NCBI GenBank assembly: GCA_002723415.1
Contig: PBOA01000033.1
Coordinates: 4,752-68,751 of the forward strand
Direction: 5' to 3'
DNA length: 64,000 bases
Source: Chloroflexota bacterium
GTDB taxonomy: Bacteria > Chloroflexota > Dehalococcoidia > Lucifugimonadales > GCA-002723415
A program made the translations under genes and the position numbers. How positions within the stretch are numbered: the stretch's first letter is position 1; every line of letters starts with the position of its first letter. Shown here piece after piece: positions 8,268 to 19,504 of this stretch. Below the pieces are notes generated by a model, which saw nothing but the letters and a program-made list of their open reading frames with translations, ran no database searches and had not been told where the DNA came from.

Positions 8268-10064
8268 ATGAATAAACCTGAAGCTTTTGATTCAGTAACA
8301 CGAGAAATAATAAAAAATTATCTATCTAGTGCAGCTGACACAATGGCAGTTACTGTAGTAAGAACAGCTAGATCTGCTGTTGTAAAAGATGGAATGGATT
8401 TCTCTACTGCAATTTTTACAGCTGAAGGCAACCAAGTTGCTCAAGGTTTAACATTACCTTTTCATATGGGGGCGATGCAACCAGCCTTAAAAGCTGTAAT
8501 TGATTATTTCGATGGAGATGTTAGAGATGGAGATATATTTGCAAATAACGATCCTTACGAAGGAGCTAGTCATTTACCAGATATTTTCTTATTTAAACCT
8601 ATATTTTATAACGATACTTTAGTTGCTTGGACATGTGTTATTGCCCACCATACTGATATTGGAGGAAGAGTTGCTGGAGGAAACGCATGTGATAATACTG
8701 AAATTTACCAAGAAGGATTAAGAATACCTCCAATCAAATTAATGGAACAAGGAAATATAAATAATGCTGTATGGAGAATACTCCAAAAAAATGTCCGAGT
8801 ACCCGATATGGTAATAGGTGATGTTCTAGCACAAATATCCGCCTTGAAACAAGGAGAGAAAGACGTAATTCAGTTAATTGATGAATACGGAATTGAAAAT
8901 ATGAAAGTCTATATGACAGATATAATTGATTACACTGAAAGATTAACTAGAGCAGAAATAAAATCTCTCCCAAATGGTAGTTGGGATTTTACAGATTATA
9001 TTGATGACGATGGAATATCATCAGAGCCTATAGCTATTAAAGCAAAAGTTACTATAAATGACGACGAATTACATGTAGATTTTACAGGAACATCCCCTCA
9101 AGCAAAAGGATCTATAAACCCTACACTTCCTTTTACTAAGGCCGCTGTATATACAGTTTTTAAAAACTTAACAAATCCTGACATAACTGCTAATACAGGA
9201 TTCTTTAGACCTATAAAAGTAACTGCTCCTCCAGGATGTTATGTAAATGCTCAACACCCTGCTCCTGTTGCTGCTAGAGGTCTAGGCGGTTTCAGAGTAG
9301 CACATACAGTCTTTGGAGCAATGGCAAAAGCTTTACCAAGTAAAGTTCCAGGAGCTTGGGGAGGAGGCGAAGTAGCTGTAAGTTTTGGAGGATATTATCC
9401 AGATGGAAAAGCTTTTGTATTTGTAGAATTTAACAATGATGGCCCAAGAGGTGGAGGACCTGATGTAGATGGAGCTGATGGAGCTGCAGCACCTGTTACT
9501 AATCAAGCCAACACACCTATAGAAAGTATTGAAGCTAATTACCCTCTTCAAATAAACAAATATGGATTTGTACAAAATACTGAAGGTGCAGGCGAATATA
9601 GAGGAGGAATGGGAATTGTTAGAGAATTCAAATTATTACATGAAGAAGCAACACTCCAAATAAGATCAGATCGTAGTAAATTTTTACCCTGGGGAAACCA
9701 AGGAGGTGAACCAGGAACAAGAAATTTCAATATACTTAACCCTGATTCAGAAAATACAATTTTACCTTCAAAATTTCTTAAAACATTAAAAAAAGATGAA
9801 GTATATAGATTAATTCAATCTGGAGGGGGTGGTTACGGAAATCCCATTAATAGAAATCCGAAGTCTGTATTAAAAGATGTTTTAGAAGAAAAAATAACAT
9901 CTAAACGTGCTAAAGATATATATGGTGTAATAATAAATAAAAATAAAATCAATTATGAAGATACTAAACTTCTAAGAGAAAAATTGCATCAACATCAAGA
10001 AAACAAACCCCTATACCCTAAAGCAACTCCTGTAAAGGGCAACCCTAAACCTCCTAAATTTTAA
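8268..10064 (+). CDS. hyuB: Hydantoinase B/oxoprolinase subunit
   Basis: DFSTA, NDPY.G.SHLPD, HHTDIGG, YQEG, DFTGT.PQ, GAG.YRGG.G, GGGGYG.P. Confidence 0.92.
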   Translation: MNKPEAFDSVTREIIKNYLSSAADTMAVTVVRTARSAVVKDGMDFSTAIFTAEGNQVAQGLTLPFHMGAMQPALKAVIDYFDGDVRDGDIFANNDPYEGASHLPDIFLFKPIFYNDTLVAWTCVIAHHTDIGGRVAGGNACDNTEIYQEGLRIPPIKLMEQGNINNAVWRILQKNVRVPDMVIGDVLAQISALKQGEKDVIQLIDEYGIENMKVYMTDIIDYTERLTRAEIKSLPNGSWDFTDYIDDDGISSEPIAIKAKVTINDDELHVDFTGTSPQAKGSINPTLPFTKAAVYTVFKNLTNPDITANTGFFRPIKVTAPPGCYVNAQHPAPVAARGLGGFRVAHTVFGAMAKALPSKVPGAWGGGEVAVSFGGYYPDGKAFVFVEFNNDGPRGGGPDVDGADGAAAPVTNQANTPIESIEANYPLQINKYGFVQNTEGAGEYRGGMGIVREFKLLHEEATLQIRSDRSKFLPWGNQGGEPGTRNFNILNPDSENTILPSKFLKTLKKDEVYRLIQSGGGGYGNPINRNPKSVLKDVLEEKITSKRAKDIYGVIINKNKINYEDTKLLREKLHQHQENKPLYPKATPVKGNPKPPKF

Positions 10065-10099
10065 TAGGTTTAAATTTATATTAATAAGAGGGATTCTTG

Positions 10100-10108
10100 T
10101 GATATAAT
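10100..10108 (+). promoter_or_regulatory. Extended -10 promoter of prs-secA
   Basis: TG-a-TATAAT about 60 nt upstream of the prs GTG. Confidence 0.45.
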
Positions 10109-10168
10109 ATTGCTTACTAAAAACCTCTATTTTTAAATAAACAAACATTAAGTATAATAGGAGTTAAT

Positions 10169-11128
10169 GTGGCTATTTTCCAAGATTTAACAATTGTAAC
10201 CGGAAATTCACATCGCTTATTAGCTAATGAAATTTGTCAATATTTAAATATATCTATAGGCCAATGTGAAGTTTTTAAATTTAGTAACGACAATATTTTT
10301 GTTAAATATAATGAAAATATTAGAGAAAAAGATGTTTTTATAATTCAATCTATTTCAACCCCAGTTAATGATCATATAATGGAATTATTAATCATGATAG
10401 ATGCTGCTAAAAGAGCATCAGCAGGTAGGATTACTGCTGTAATACCATATTTTGCATATGGTAGAAGTGATAAAAAAGACCAACCTAGAGTCCCTATAAC
10501 AGCAAGATTAATTGCAAATTTAATTACTGTAGCTGGAGCTGATAGAATACTCACAATGGACCTTCACGCCGGACAAATTCAAGGGTTCTTTAATATTCCA
10601 GTTGATGAACTTAGCGCTGTACCTATACTTGCAGATGATTTTAATAAAAACGGTCCAACAAACTCTGTAGTAGCAGCTACTGACGTAGGCGATGCAAAAA
10701 GAGCAAGAAATACTGCAGACATATTAAATATGCCAATTGCTATAGTAGAAAAACAAAGATTAGGCAATGAAGAAAAAATTGGTTCTGGAACATTAATAGG
10801 TAAAGTTAAAGGATTAAACGCTATTATAATTGATGATGAAATAGGTACTGGCGGTACAGTAATATCAGCAGCCAATATATTAAAAGAAAATGGAGCTAAA
10901 GATATTTATTGTTACGTAACTCACCCAGTTTTATCAGGAGAATCATCAAAATCAATATCAGATAGTGTAATAAAAGAATTAGTCATAACAAACACTTTGC
11001 CAATTTCAGAAAAACAAAATATCGAAAAATTAAGAACTGTATCAATAGCAAATTTATTTGGAGAAGCAATACATAGAATTCATAATGGATTGTCAGTTGG
11101 CGCCATGTTTAATAAAACAACGATTTAA
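10169..11128 (+). CDS. prs: Ribose-phosphate pyrophosphokinase
   Basis: YGRSDKK, DLHAGQIQGFF, DDEIGTGGT. Confidence 0.97.
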   Translation: MAIFQDLTIVTGNSHRLLANEICQYLNISIGQCEVFKFSNDNIFVKYNENIREKDVFIIQSISTPVNDHIMELLIMIDAAKRASAGRITAVIPYFAYGRSDKKDQPRVPITARLIANLITVAGADRILTMDLHAGQIQGFFNIPVDELSAVPILADDFNKNGPTNSVVAATDVGDAKRARNTADILNMPIAIVEKQRLGNEEKIGSGTLIGKVKGLNAIIIDDEIGTGGTVISAANILKENGAKDIYCYVTHPVLSGESSKSISDSVIKELVITNTLPISEKQNIEKLRTVSIANLFGEAIHRIHNGLSVGAMFNKTTI

Positions 11129-11156
11129 GTATAAATAAATTTAGGAGCATTGCTAA

Positions 11157-13733
11157 TTGAAATGGTTTACTAATCTATTTGGTGATTCAAATGCAAAATT
11201 AATAGACAAGATGCTCTTTACTGTTCACGAAATAAACAGTAAAGAGCAAACTTTTTCTAATTTATCTGAAATAGATTTAAAAAACTATACTTCTAAATTA
11301 AAAAATTCTATAAAAACAAAATCTCTTACACTAGAAGATGTTTTAATAGAAGCTTTTTCCTTAGTAAGAGAAGCATCTAAAAGATCACTAAATCAAAGGC
11401 ATTTTGATGTTCAATTGTTAGGTGGGATTACCTTGCATCAAGGTAAAATTGCAGAAATGAAAACTGGAGAAGGTAAAACTTTAGTATCAACATTAGCTAC
11501 ATACCTAAATGCTTTAGAAGGAAAAGGGGTCCATGTAATTACTGTTAATGATTATTTAGCTAAAAGAGATGCAGAGTGGATGGGCGAGATCTTTGACATG
11601 CTAGGATTGTCAGTTGGAGTATTACAACATGAAGCATCATTTATTTATGACTCTGAAGATAATGACGAAAAATTAAAACCCATAGAAAGAAAAGAGGCAT
11701 ATAATGCTGATATAACTTATGGAACAAATAATGAATTTGGTTTTGATTACCTTAGAGACAATATGACAAATCAATCATCTCTTAAAGTTCAAAGACCATT
11801 AAATTTTGCAATAGTGGATGAAGTAGATAACATATTAATTGATGAAGCAAGAACTCCTTTAATAATAAGTGGTCCCTCAAGTCAATCACCAAATGAATAT
11901 TATAAATTTGCAAAAATAGTTCCTCGATTATCAATTGAAAAAGATTACACTATTGATGAAAAACATAAAAATGTATCCCTCACAATTGAAGGAACAGATC
12001 AAATAGAAAAAATTTTAAATATAGAAAATTTATATGCCCCTGACAATTTTAATTTGGTTCATTTTGTAGAAAATGCTCTTAAAGCTAATACTCTATTTCA
12101 AAAAGATAGAGAATATGTAATAAATGATGGACTAATTGTATTAGTAGATGAATTTACTGGACGACTAATGCATGGAAGAAGGTATTCAGACGGACTACAT
12201 CAAGCTTTAGAAGCTAAAGAAAATTTAAAAGTACAAAGAGAAACTATAACTTATGCAACAATAACTCTTCAAAACTACTTTAGAATGTATCCAAAATTAT
12301 CTGGTATGACTGGAACTGCATCAACTGAAGCTGAAGAGTTTTGGAAAATTTATAAATTAGAAGTTGTAGAAATACCTACAAATAAAACTATGCTAAGAAA
12401 AGACTCATCCGATTTAATTTTCAAAGATCAAAAATCAAAAATGCAAGCAATCCTTAAGGAAATAAAAATTCGTCATGAAAAATTGCAACCTATACTTATT
12501 GGCACTACAGATATAGAAAAATCTGAAGTAATAAGTAAAAATTTAAAAAATATAGGTATTAAGCATTCAGTTTTAAATGCTAAACACCATGAAAAAGAAG
12601 CATCCATAGTTGAAAATGCAGGGCAACCTGGGGCTGTTACAGTAGCTACGAATATGGCAGGAAGAGGAACAGATATAGTATTAGGAGGAAAAAATTCCGA
12701 TTCTAAATCAGAATGGGAAAAATTACATAAACAAGTATTAGAATTAGGTGGGCTACATATTATTGGAACCGAACGGCATGAATCTAGAAGAATAGATAAC
12801 CAGTTAAGAGGACGTGCAGGTAGGCAAGGTGATCCTGGTAGTTCATCTTTCTATGTTGCTATGGATGATGAATTAATGAGAAGGTTTGGTGGAGAACGAA
12901 TAAAAACTGTAATGGATTGGGCGGGGATGGACACTTCTACACCTGTTGAAAACAAGATGATAAATAGGTCTATAGAAAGTGCTCAAACAAAAGTGGAATC
13001 TCAAAATTTTGATATAAGAAAACAATTAGTAGAATATGATGATGTAATTAATGCACAAAGGGAGATTATATATAAGGAAAGAAATAAAGTATTAGACGAA
13101 GAAGCTGATCTCAAATTAAATATTAATCAAATAATATTTGAAAAAGTTGAAGAATTAATATCAGAGTTTATTCCTGAAAACCACTCCCCAAGCTGGGATC
13201 CAAATAATTTAATAAATGAATTGAATTTGATATTCAATTCATTTATTAAATTTGAAGATAAATCTTTATTTATTTCAAAACAACCTAACCAAATAGAATC
13301 TTACCTGAAAGCCCAAATTGAAAACGCATATACAGAATTAGAGAATAGGTTGTCTCCAGAGATTTTAAGACAATTAGAAAAGTCTATAATGCTTCAATCA
13401 ATAGATAGTAATTGGGTTCAACACTTAACAAATATAGATAATCTAAGGCAAGGTATTGGATTGCATGCTGCCGGACAAAGAGATCCCCTAATTATGTACA
13501 AAAAAGAAGCCTATGAAATGTTTCAAAACCTTGAATATAAAATCAGACAAGATGTAGCATATGCCATATTTAATGTTAAATTAACATCTAAACCAAGTAA
13601 CCAAACAATAAATAAAAATTTAAATATAAATAACAAAACTAATAATCCTTTATCAAAAGGATTCAAACTAGGTAGAAATTCCCCATGTCATTGTGGCAGT
13701 GGTATTAAGTATAAGAGATGTCATGGTTCATGA
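11157..13733 (+). CDS. secA: Preprotein translocase ATPase SecA
   Basis: MKTGEGKT, DEVD.ILIDEARTP, ATNMAGRGTDI, QLRGRAGRQGD, C-terminal SEC-C motif (CHCGSG.KYKRCH); TTG start. Confidence 0.98.
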   Translation: MKWFTNLFGDSNAKLIDKMLFTVHEINSKEQTFSNLSEIDLKNYTSKLKNSIKTKSLTLEDVLIEAFSLVREASKRSLNQRHFDVQLLGGITLHQGKIAEMKTGEGKTLVSTLATYLNALEGKGVHVITVNDYLAKRDAEWMGEIFDMLGLSVGVLQHEASFIYDSEDNDEKLKPIERKEAYNADITYGTNNEFGFDYLRDNMTNQSSLKVQRPLNFAIVDEVDNILIDEARTPLIISGPSSQSPNEYYKFAKIVPRLSIEKDYTIDEKHKNVSLTIEGTDQIEKILNIENLYAPDNFNLVHFVENALKANTLFQKDREYVINDGLIVLVDEFTGRLMHGRRYSDGLHQALEAKENLKVQRETITYATITLQNYFRMYPKLSGMTGTASTEAEEFWKIYKLEVVEIPTNKTMLRKDSSDLIFKDQKSKMQAILKEIKIRHEKLQPILIGTTDIEKSEVISKNLKNIGIKHSVLNAKHHEKEASIVENAGQPGAVTVATNMAGRGTDIVLGGKNSDSKSEWEKLHKQVLELGGLHIIGTERHESRRIDNQLRGRAGRQGDPGSSSFYVAMDDELMRRFGGERIKTVMDWAGMDTSTPVENKMINRSIESAQTKVESQNFDIRKQLVEYDDVINAQREIIYKERNKVLDEEADLKLNINQIIFEKVEELISEFIPENHSPSWDPNNLINELNLIFNSFIKFEDKSLFISKQPNQIESYLKAQIENAYTELENRLSPEILRQLEKSIMLQSIDSNWVQHLTNIDNLRQGIGLHAAGQRDPLIMYKKEAYEMFQNLEYKIRQDVAYAIFNVKLTSKPSNQTINKNLNINNKTNNPLSKGFKLGRNSPCHCGSGIKYKRCHGS

Positions 13734-13754
13734 TATTTTGTAAAAAATCTTATT

Positions 13755-14474
13755 ATGACAGAATCAATAAATCACTTGAACAACTCTATTAAAAACGGAA
13801 AAAGCTGGTTTATATCTATATTAGAATCAATTTCAATTTGGACAAAACCTGAAGAGAAATACAATAATAATAACTATATATATTTTTTAGATGGAGAAGC
13901 ATTTGACTGGTTAGTTTTAGCTGAAAGGTTATGCTATGAAATTAATAGTTTTAATTTATACAAAAAAGAAATAGAAAAATTCATCACCTATGGAGAGCTA
14001 CCCGAAGCAATACCACTCTCTATTTTTAAAAATTCAATTGGTCTTAGTAAGTATAGAGGTTATTTAAATTATTTTTATGGAATTACAATAGAAGAATCAC
14101 TATTAATATCAGTTGAAAATGAAATACAAAAACGCAATTTGAGTAATGGTAAACAGTTCAATCAAGATTATACAGAACTAGCATTTGAAAGTATTTATTT
14201 ATCAAGCCAAACAGCATTATTAGGTTGTTTTTTTGAAGAACAAAAAATAAAACCTAAAAAACATCTATCTATAACTGAAAGTAAATTATTCACATATTGG
14301 TTATTCAAATATAGACATAAATCTTCAGATAAGTCTAGATCTGCAAGTTATACAAAAAAAGGAATAACCCAATTTTATAAAATTCAAAACTCCTCTAAAA
14401 TAAATAATACTTCTGCAAAATTATTAAACAAAAAATCTGCGTTAGATACTTTTAATTTCTATGATAATAATTAG
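13755..14474 (+). CDS. Hypothetical protein
   Basis: 239 aa ORF just downstream of secA; aromatic-rich blocks GEAFDWL.LAERL, YLNYFYG, FTYWLFKYR. Confidence 0.7.
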   Translation: MTESINHLNNSIKNGKSWFISILESISIWTKPEEKYNNNNYIYFLDGEAFDWLVLAERLCYEINSFNLYKKEIEKFITYGELPEAIPLSIFKNSIGLSKYRGYLNYFYGITIEESLLISVENEIQKRNLSNGKQFNQDYTELAFESIYLSSQTALLGCFFEEQKIKPKKHLSITESKLFTYWLFKYRHKSSDKSRSASYTKKGITQFYKIQNSSKINNTSAKLLNKKSALDTFNFYDNN

Positions 14475-17173
14475 CTATTAATTGTTTTACTAAGTAAATC
14501 CTCAATCCTGTTTTTACGCTCAATAATGGAATTTAATCTTTCCATCTCTTTATCAATTATATCTTGAGGTGCATTAGATAAAAACCTATTATCATTAAGT
14601 CTTTTTGACAAACCATCTTCTCTAGAAATTAGTTCTTGTTTTTCAAATTCTAATCTTTTAATTTCGATATTTATATCTACCTCGTTAGGTAATACAATAT
14701 TTAAAACACAATTAGATAAAACTACAGAAACAGTTTTTTCTTTAGAAACACTAGCAAATTCTTCATAATTCATAAATGACCTGATTTTGCTCATATGAAT
14801 TATTGTTTCTTTTTCTTTAATAATATTTTCATTGAATTTATCTGATTTAAAATAAACATCTAAATTATTAATATTTTGAATACGAAAATCGACTTTTATG
14901 TTTCTTATAGCTCTAATTATTTCAATTACTATCATAATGTTTTTTACAGAATCATTATCTATTAATTTATTATCTGTTTCTGAAAAAATGGGATATGAAC
15001 TGGTTATTAAAGCTTGATGTTTTTGTGAATCAATTGATTTCATCAGTAATTGCCATATTTTTTCTGTTATAAAAGGCATAAAAGGATGCAATAATCGTAG
15101 AACACCATGCAGAATATATACTAAAGAGAGGACAGCATCTTTTTCTCCTGGGTTTCTAAGTCGAATTTTAATCATCTCAAGGTACCAATCACAAAATTCA
15201 GTCCAGAAAAAATCATAAATTGACTTCTGAGCTTCACTAAACTGGTAACTGGAGAAAAATCTATCAACTTCTTTAATAGTCTCTAAATATCTAGTTATTA
15301 TCCATCTATCATGCGTATTAGAAGGGTTAATAGAGTGAAAATCATAATTCAAATCATATTTATTTACATTGCTTATGACAAATCTGGAGGCATTCCAGAG
15401 TTTATTTGCAAAATTACGAGCAGATTCCATTTTTTGCTCATTTAGCCTCATATCATTCCCAGGCGAAGTACCAGTAGTTAATGCAAAACGTAAAGCATCA
15501 GCACCATAAGTATCTATTAAATCTAAGGGATCCATAACATTCCCTTTAGATTTACTCATTTTAATTCCATCAGGATCTCGGACTAATCCATGTAGATATA
15601 TATCCTGAAAAGGAATTTCTCCTGTATTTTCAATACCTAGCATTATCATTCTAGCAACCCAAAAGAATAAAATATCATGGCCTGTTTCCATTACTGAAGA
15701 AGGATAAAAATAATCTAAATCCTCAGTATTTTCTGGCCAGCCCAAAGTCGAGTGTGTCCACAACCCAGAACTAAACCATGTATCTAAAACATCTGGATCT
15801 TGATATAAATTATTTGAATAACATTTATTACAATTTTCTATATCTTCTATTTGAACAATAGTTGAATTACAATCATTACAATTCCATACAGGGATTCTAT
15901 GCCCCCACCATAGCTGTCTACTAATACACCAATCTCTAATATTATCCATCCAATTAAAATATATCTTTGAAAACCTATCCGGAATTATTTTTATTGAACC
16001 ATTAGTTATTACTTCTCTAGCTTTTTTTGCTAAAGGCTCAACTTTAACATACCATTGTTTACTAATAATAGGTTCTACAACTTCATCACATCTATCACAA
16101 TGCCCAACAGAATGATTAATATCTTCAATCTTTAGCAAGTTTCCTAATTTTTCTAATTCTTTTACAATTTCATTTCTTGAATCTTTTATTGATAAACCAG
16201 CAAAATCGCCTGCATTATCATTAAGTTTTCCATTTGCATCAAACAAATTTATAAATTCAAGTTTATGTTTTTCTCCAAGAATAAAATCATTTGGATCATG
16301 CCCTGGAGTAACTTTTAATGCTCCTGTCCCATATTCAATATCGACTATAGAATCTTTAATAATGTTCAACCTTCTACCCACTATAGGTAAAATCACACTT
16401 TTACCAATATATTTTTTATATCTTTCGTCTTTAGAATTAACTGCGACTGCAGTATCTCCTAGCATAGTTTCAGGGCGAGTTGTTGCAATAACTATATGTG
16501 AATCAGAATTCTCAATATCATATTTAATATAATATAAATTGCCTTTTTCATCTTTATATTTAACTTCCAGATCAGATAAGGCAGTAAGACAACGAGGACA
16601 CCAGTTGGTAATTGAATCTTTTCTATAAATCAGACCTTTATTATATAGATTTACAAAAGTATTTCGAACTGCTTTAGAGGGTACGGAATCTAATGTAAAA
16701 CTTTTCCTACTCCAGTCACATGAAGCACCTAAACGTTTAAATTGATCATAAATTCTATCTCCATAAAGTTCAACCCATTCCCACACTTTATTTATAAAAA
16801 GTTCTCTACCTAGATCATGCCTAGTGATACCTTGAGATGCTAATGATTTTTCCACTACAACTTGAGTAGCTATACCAGCATGGTCAGATCCTGGCAAAAA
16901 CAATGTAGGATCCCCTTTCATCCTATGCCATCTTACCATTAAATCTTCAAGCGCTACAGTTAATGCATGACCAATATGTAGCTCACCTGTTACATTCGGA
17001 GGTGGCATAATAATTACAAAAGGTTTTCTAGTTTTATCAATTTCAGGAGTAAAATATCCTGAATTCATCCAATATTCATAAATATTTAATTCAACTAATT
17101 TTGAATCGTAAACCTTATCCATAATAAACTCAGGATTTAATTCGTTACTTGTCATATATTTATCTAACCTCAC
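14471..17173 (-). CDS. valS: Valine--tRNA ligase (start may be 17155)
   Basis: PPPNVTG.LHIGH, DWCISRQLWWGH, KMSKS, C-terminal coiled coil. Confidence 0.98.
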   Translation of the reverse strand: MRLDKYMTSNELNPEFIMDKVYDSKLVELNIYEYWMNSGYFTPEIDKTRKPFVIIMPPPNVTGELHIGHALTVALEDLMVRWHRMKGDPTLFLPGSDHAGIATQVVVEKSLASQGITRHDLGRELFINKVWEWVELYGDRIYDQFKRLGASCDWSRKSFTLDSVPSKAVRNTFVNLYNKGLIYRKDSITNWCPRCLTALSDLEVKYKDEKGNLYYIKYDIENSDSHIVIATTRPETMLGDTAVAVNSKDERYKKYIGKSVILPIVGRRLNIIKDSIVDIEYGTGALKVTPGHDPNDFILGEKHKLEFINLFDANGKLNDNAGDFAGLSIKDSRNEIVKELEKLGNLLKIEDINHSVGHCDRCDEVVEPIISKQWYVKVEPLAKKAREVITNGSIKIIPDRFSKIYFNWMDNIRDWCISRQLWWGHRIPVWNCNDCNSTIVQIEDIENCNKCYSNNLYQDPDVLDTWFSSGLWTHSTLGWPENTEDLDYFYPSSVMETGHDILFFWVARMIMLGIENTGEIPFQDIYLHGLVRDPDGIKMSKSKGNVMDPLDLIDTYGADALRFALTTGTSPGNDMRLNEQKMESARNFANKLWNASRFVISNVNKYDLNYDFHSINPSNTHDRWIITRYLETIKEVDRFFSSYQFSEAQKSIYDFFWTEFCDWYLEMIKIRLRNPGEKDAVLSLVYILHGVLRLLHPFMPFITEKIWQLLMKSIDSQKHQALITSSYPIFSETDNKLIDNDSVKNIMIVIEIIRAIRNIKVDFRIQNINNLDVYFKSDKFNENIIKEKETIIHMSKIRSFMNYEEFASVSKEKTVSVVLSNCVLNIVLPNEVDINIEIKRLEFEKQELISREDGLSKRLNDNRFLSNAPQDIIDKEMERLNSIIERKNRIEDLLSKTINS

Positions 17174-17317
17174 TAATTTATATACTATCAGAAAGATAAC
17201 AAATAATTGAATATAATACTTACCTTATTATTAATACATATCTTTAATAAATCTCATTATACAAGTATAATTTACTCAACAAATACTTAATAACATAATC
17301 ATATAGAAGGTTTCCTT

Positions 17318-19504
17318 ATGGATCTAATTAATATAGCCAACATAAAAGTATCGCCCAATCTTTACAAATTAATTAATGAAAAAATAATCCCTGGTACTAA
17401 TGTGACAAAAGAAAAGTTTTGGAATGAATTTAGTTCAATTATTGAAGATTTAAGTGAAAAAAACGCAACATTATTAGAAGAAAGAAATATCATACAAAAA
17501 TCTATAGATAAATGGCATGAAAATAACAAAAATAAAAAATTTGATGTACTCAAATATAAAAATTTTTTAGAAGAAATTGAATATATTAACAAACCTTCTC
17601 CTGATTTCAAAATAGGCACAAAACAAATTGACAAAGAAATATCTATGATTGCTGGCCCCCAACTAGTGGTCCCAGTAGATAATGCAAGATTTGCAATTAA
17701 TGCAGCTAATGCAAGATGGTGGAGTTTATACGACTCTCTTTACGGCACTAATGCTATATCTGAGGAATTTGGAGCTGAAAAAACTCCAAAATATAATACA
17801 CATAGAGGTGCTAAAGTAGTTTCTTATTCAAATATATTTTTAGATAAAATCTTTACCTTGGAAAATTCAAGCTATTCAAACATTAGCAGTTTTCAGGTAA
17901 TTGAAAATGAAAAAACACATACATTAATCGCTGTATTAACTGATAATTCTAAAACACAATTAATTGACCAATCAAAATTTGTAGGTTATTTAAAAAACCC
18001 AGACCAAGAATTAACTTCAATTCTACTTAAAAATAATGAATTGCATGTTGAAATTCAATTAGACAGAGAACATTCTATAGGCAAATTACATTCTGCAGGA
18101 ATTAAAGATGTTTTAATTGAATCTGCGGTTACTACAATACAAGACTTTGAAGATGCAGTATCTGCAGTAGATGAAGAAGATAAAATTAGAACTTACCTAA
18201 ATTGGACTGAATTAATGAAAGGAACAATAAAAGCAAGTTTAACAAAAGATGGTTCTGAATTAATCAGAACATTAAATAACGACAAAATTTTTATATCTCC
18301 AGAAGGTAAAAATAATCAATACATACTTCCAGGTAGAAGTCTTATGCTGGCTAGGAACGTGGGAATGCACATGTATACTGATATTATTTTAACTAAGGAT
18401 AACAAAAACATTCCTGAAGGGTTCTTAGATATCATGGTTACTGCTTTAGCAGCAATCCATGATATAAATGGCAACTCAAAATATTGTAATAGCCCTAAAA
18501 AAAGTATCTATATAGTTAAACCAAAAATGCATGGACCAAAAGAAGTTGCTGCAACAATTGAATTATTTGAAAGAGTCGAAAAAGCATTAAACTTAAAAGA
18601 AAACACAATTAAAATAGGCATAATGGATGAAGAAAGACGTACTTCAGTAAACCTACAACAATGCATATATGAAGCAAGAAATAGAATAATATTTATAAAC
18701 ACAGGTTTCTTAGATAGAACTGGCGACGAAATCCATACAAGTATGCAAGCCGGTCCAATTTTACCAAAATCCGAAATCAAGAACGAACCTTGGATACAAG
18801 CTTATGAAGACCAAAATGTAAATATAGCAATAAAAAGTGGCTTTATTAATAAAGCTCAAATCGGTAAGGGAATGTGGGCTATGCCAGATGATATGAACGA
18901 TATGCTTAATACGAAAATAGGCCATCCTAAATCTGGAGCTAATACTGCTTGGGTACCTTCACCTACTGCAGCAGCATTACATGCACTTCATTACCACACG
19001 ATAAATGTAAAAACTATTCAAGATCAATTATTAAATAGAGAACCAATAAATATATTAACTTTATTAACACCTCCTTTAATACAAGAAAAAAAATTAACAG
19101 AATCTCAAATTCAAAAAGAATTAGAAAATAATGCTCAAAGTATTCTAGGATATGTAGTTAGGTGGATAGGCCAAGGTATAGGTTGCTCCAAAGTATTAGA
19201 TATTAACAATATTGCATTAATGGAAGATAGAGCTACTTTAAGAATTTCAAGTCAACATATGGCTAACTGGATTCATCATAAAATTACTAATAGAGAAGAT
19301 GTAATATCAATATTCAAAAGAATGGCAAAAGTTGTAGATAAACAAAACAAAAATGATAACAATTATACACCTATGTCCGATAATTATGAAGAAAGTATTG
19401 AGTTCAAAGCAGCCATTGAATTAGTATTTAATGGAGTTGACACACCTAACGGGTACACAGAAGACATTTTGCATAATTACAGAAGAAAAATTAAGAATTT
19501 TTAG
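17318..19504 (+). CDS. glcB: Malate synthase G
   Basis: GPQLVVP, NAANARW.SLYD, RNVG, KPKMHGP, NTGFLDRTGDEIH, AWVPSPTAA, MEDRATLRISSQ. Confidence 0.97.
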   Translation: MDLINIANIKVSPNLYKLINEKIIPGTNVTKEKFWNEFSSIIEDLSEKNATLLEERNIIQKSIDKWHENNKNKKFDVLKYKNFLEEIEYINKPSPDFKIGTKQIDKEISMIAGPQLVVPVDNARFAINAANARWWSLYDSLYGTNAISEEFGAEKTPKYNTHRGAKVVSYSNIFLDKIFTLENSSYSNISSFQVIENEKTHTLIAVLTDNSKTQLIDQSKFVGYLKNPDQELTSILLKNNELHVEIQLDREHSIGKLHSAGIKDVLIESAVTTIQDFEDAVSAVDEEDKIRTYLNWTELMKGTIKASLTKDGSELIRTLNNDKIFISPEGKNNQYILPGRSLMLARNVGMHMYTDIILTKDNKNIPEGFLDIMVTALAAIHDINGNSKYCNSPKKSIYIVKPKMHGPKEVAATIELFERVEKALNLKENTIKIGIMDEERRTSVNLQQCIYEARNRIIFINTGFLDRTGDEIHTSMQAGPILPKSEIKNEPWIQAYEDQNVNIAIKSGFINKAQIGKGMWAMPDDMNDMLNTKIGHPKSGANTAWVPSPTAAALHALHYHTINVKTIQDQLLNREPINILTLLTPPLIQEKKLTESQIQKELENNAQSILGYVVRWIGQGIGCSKVLDINNIALMEDRATLRISSQHMANWIHHKITNREDVISIFKRMAKVVDKQNKNDNNYTPMSDNYEESIEFKAAIELVFNGVDTPNGYTEDILHNYRRKIKNF

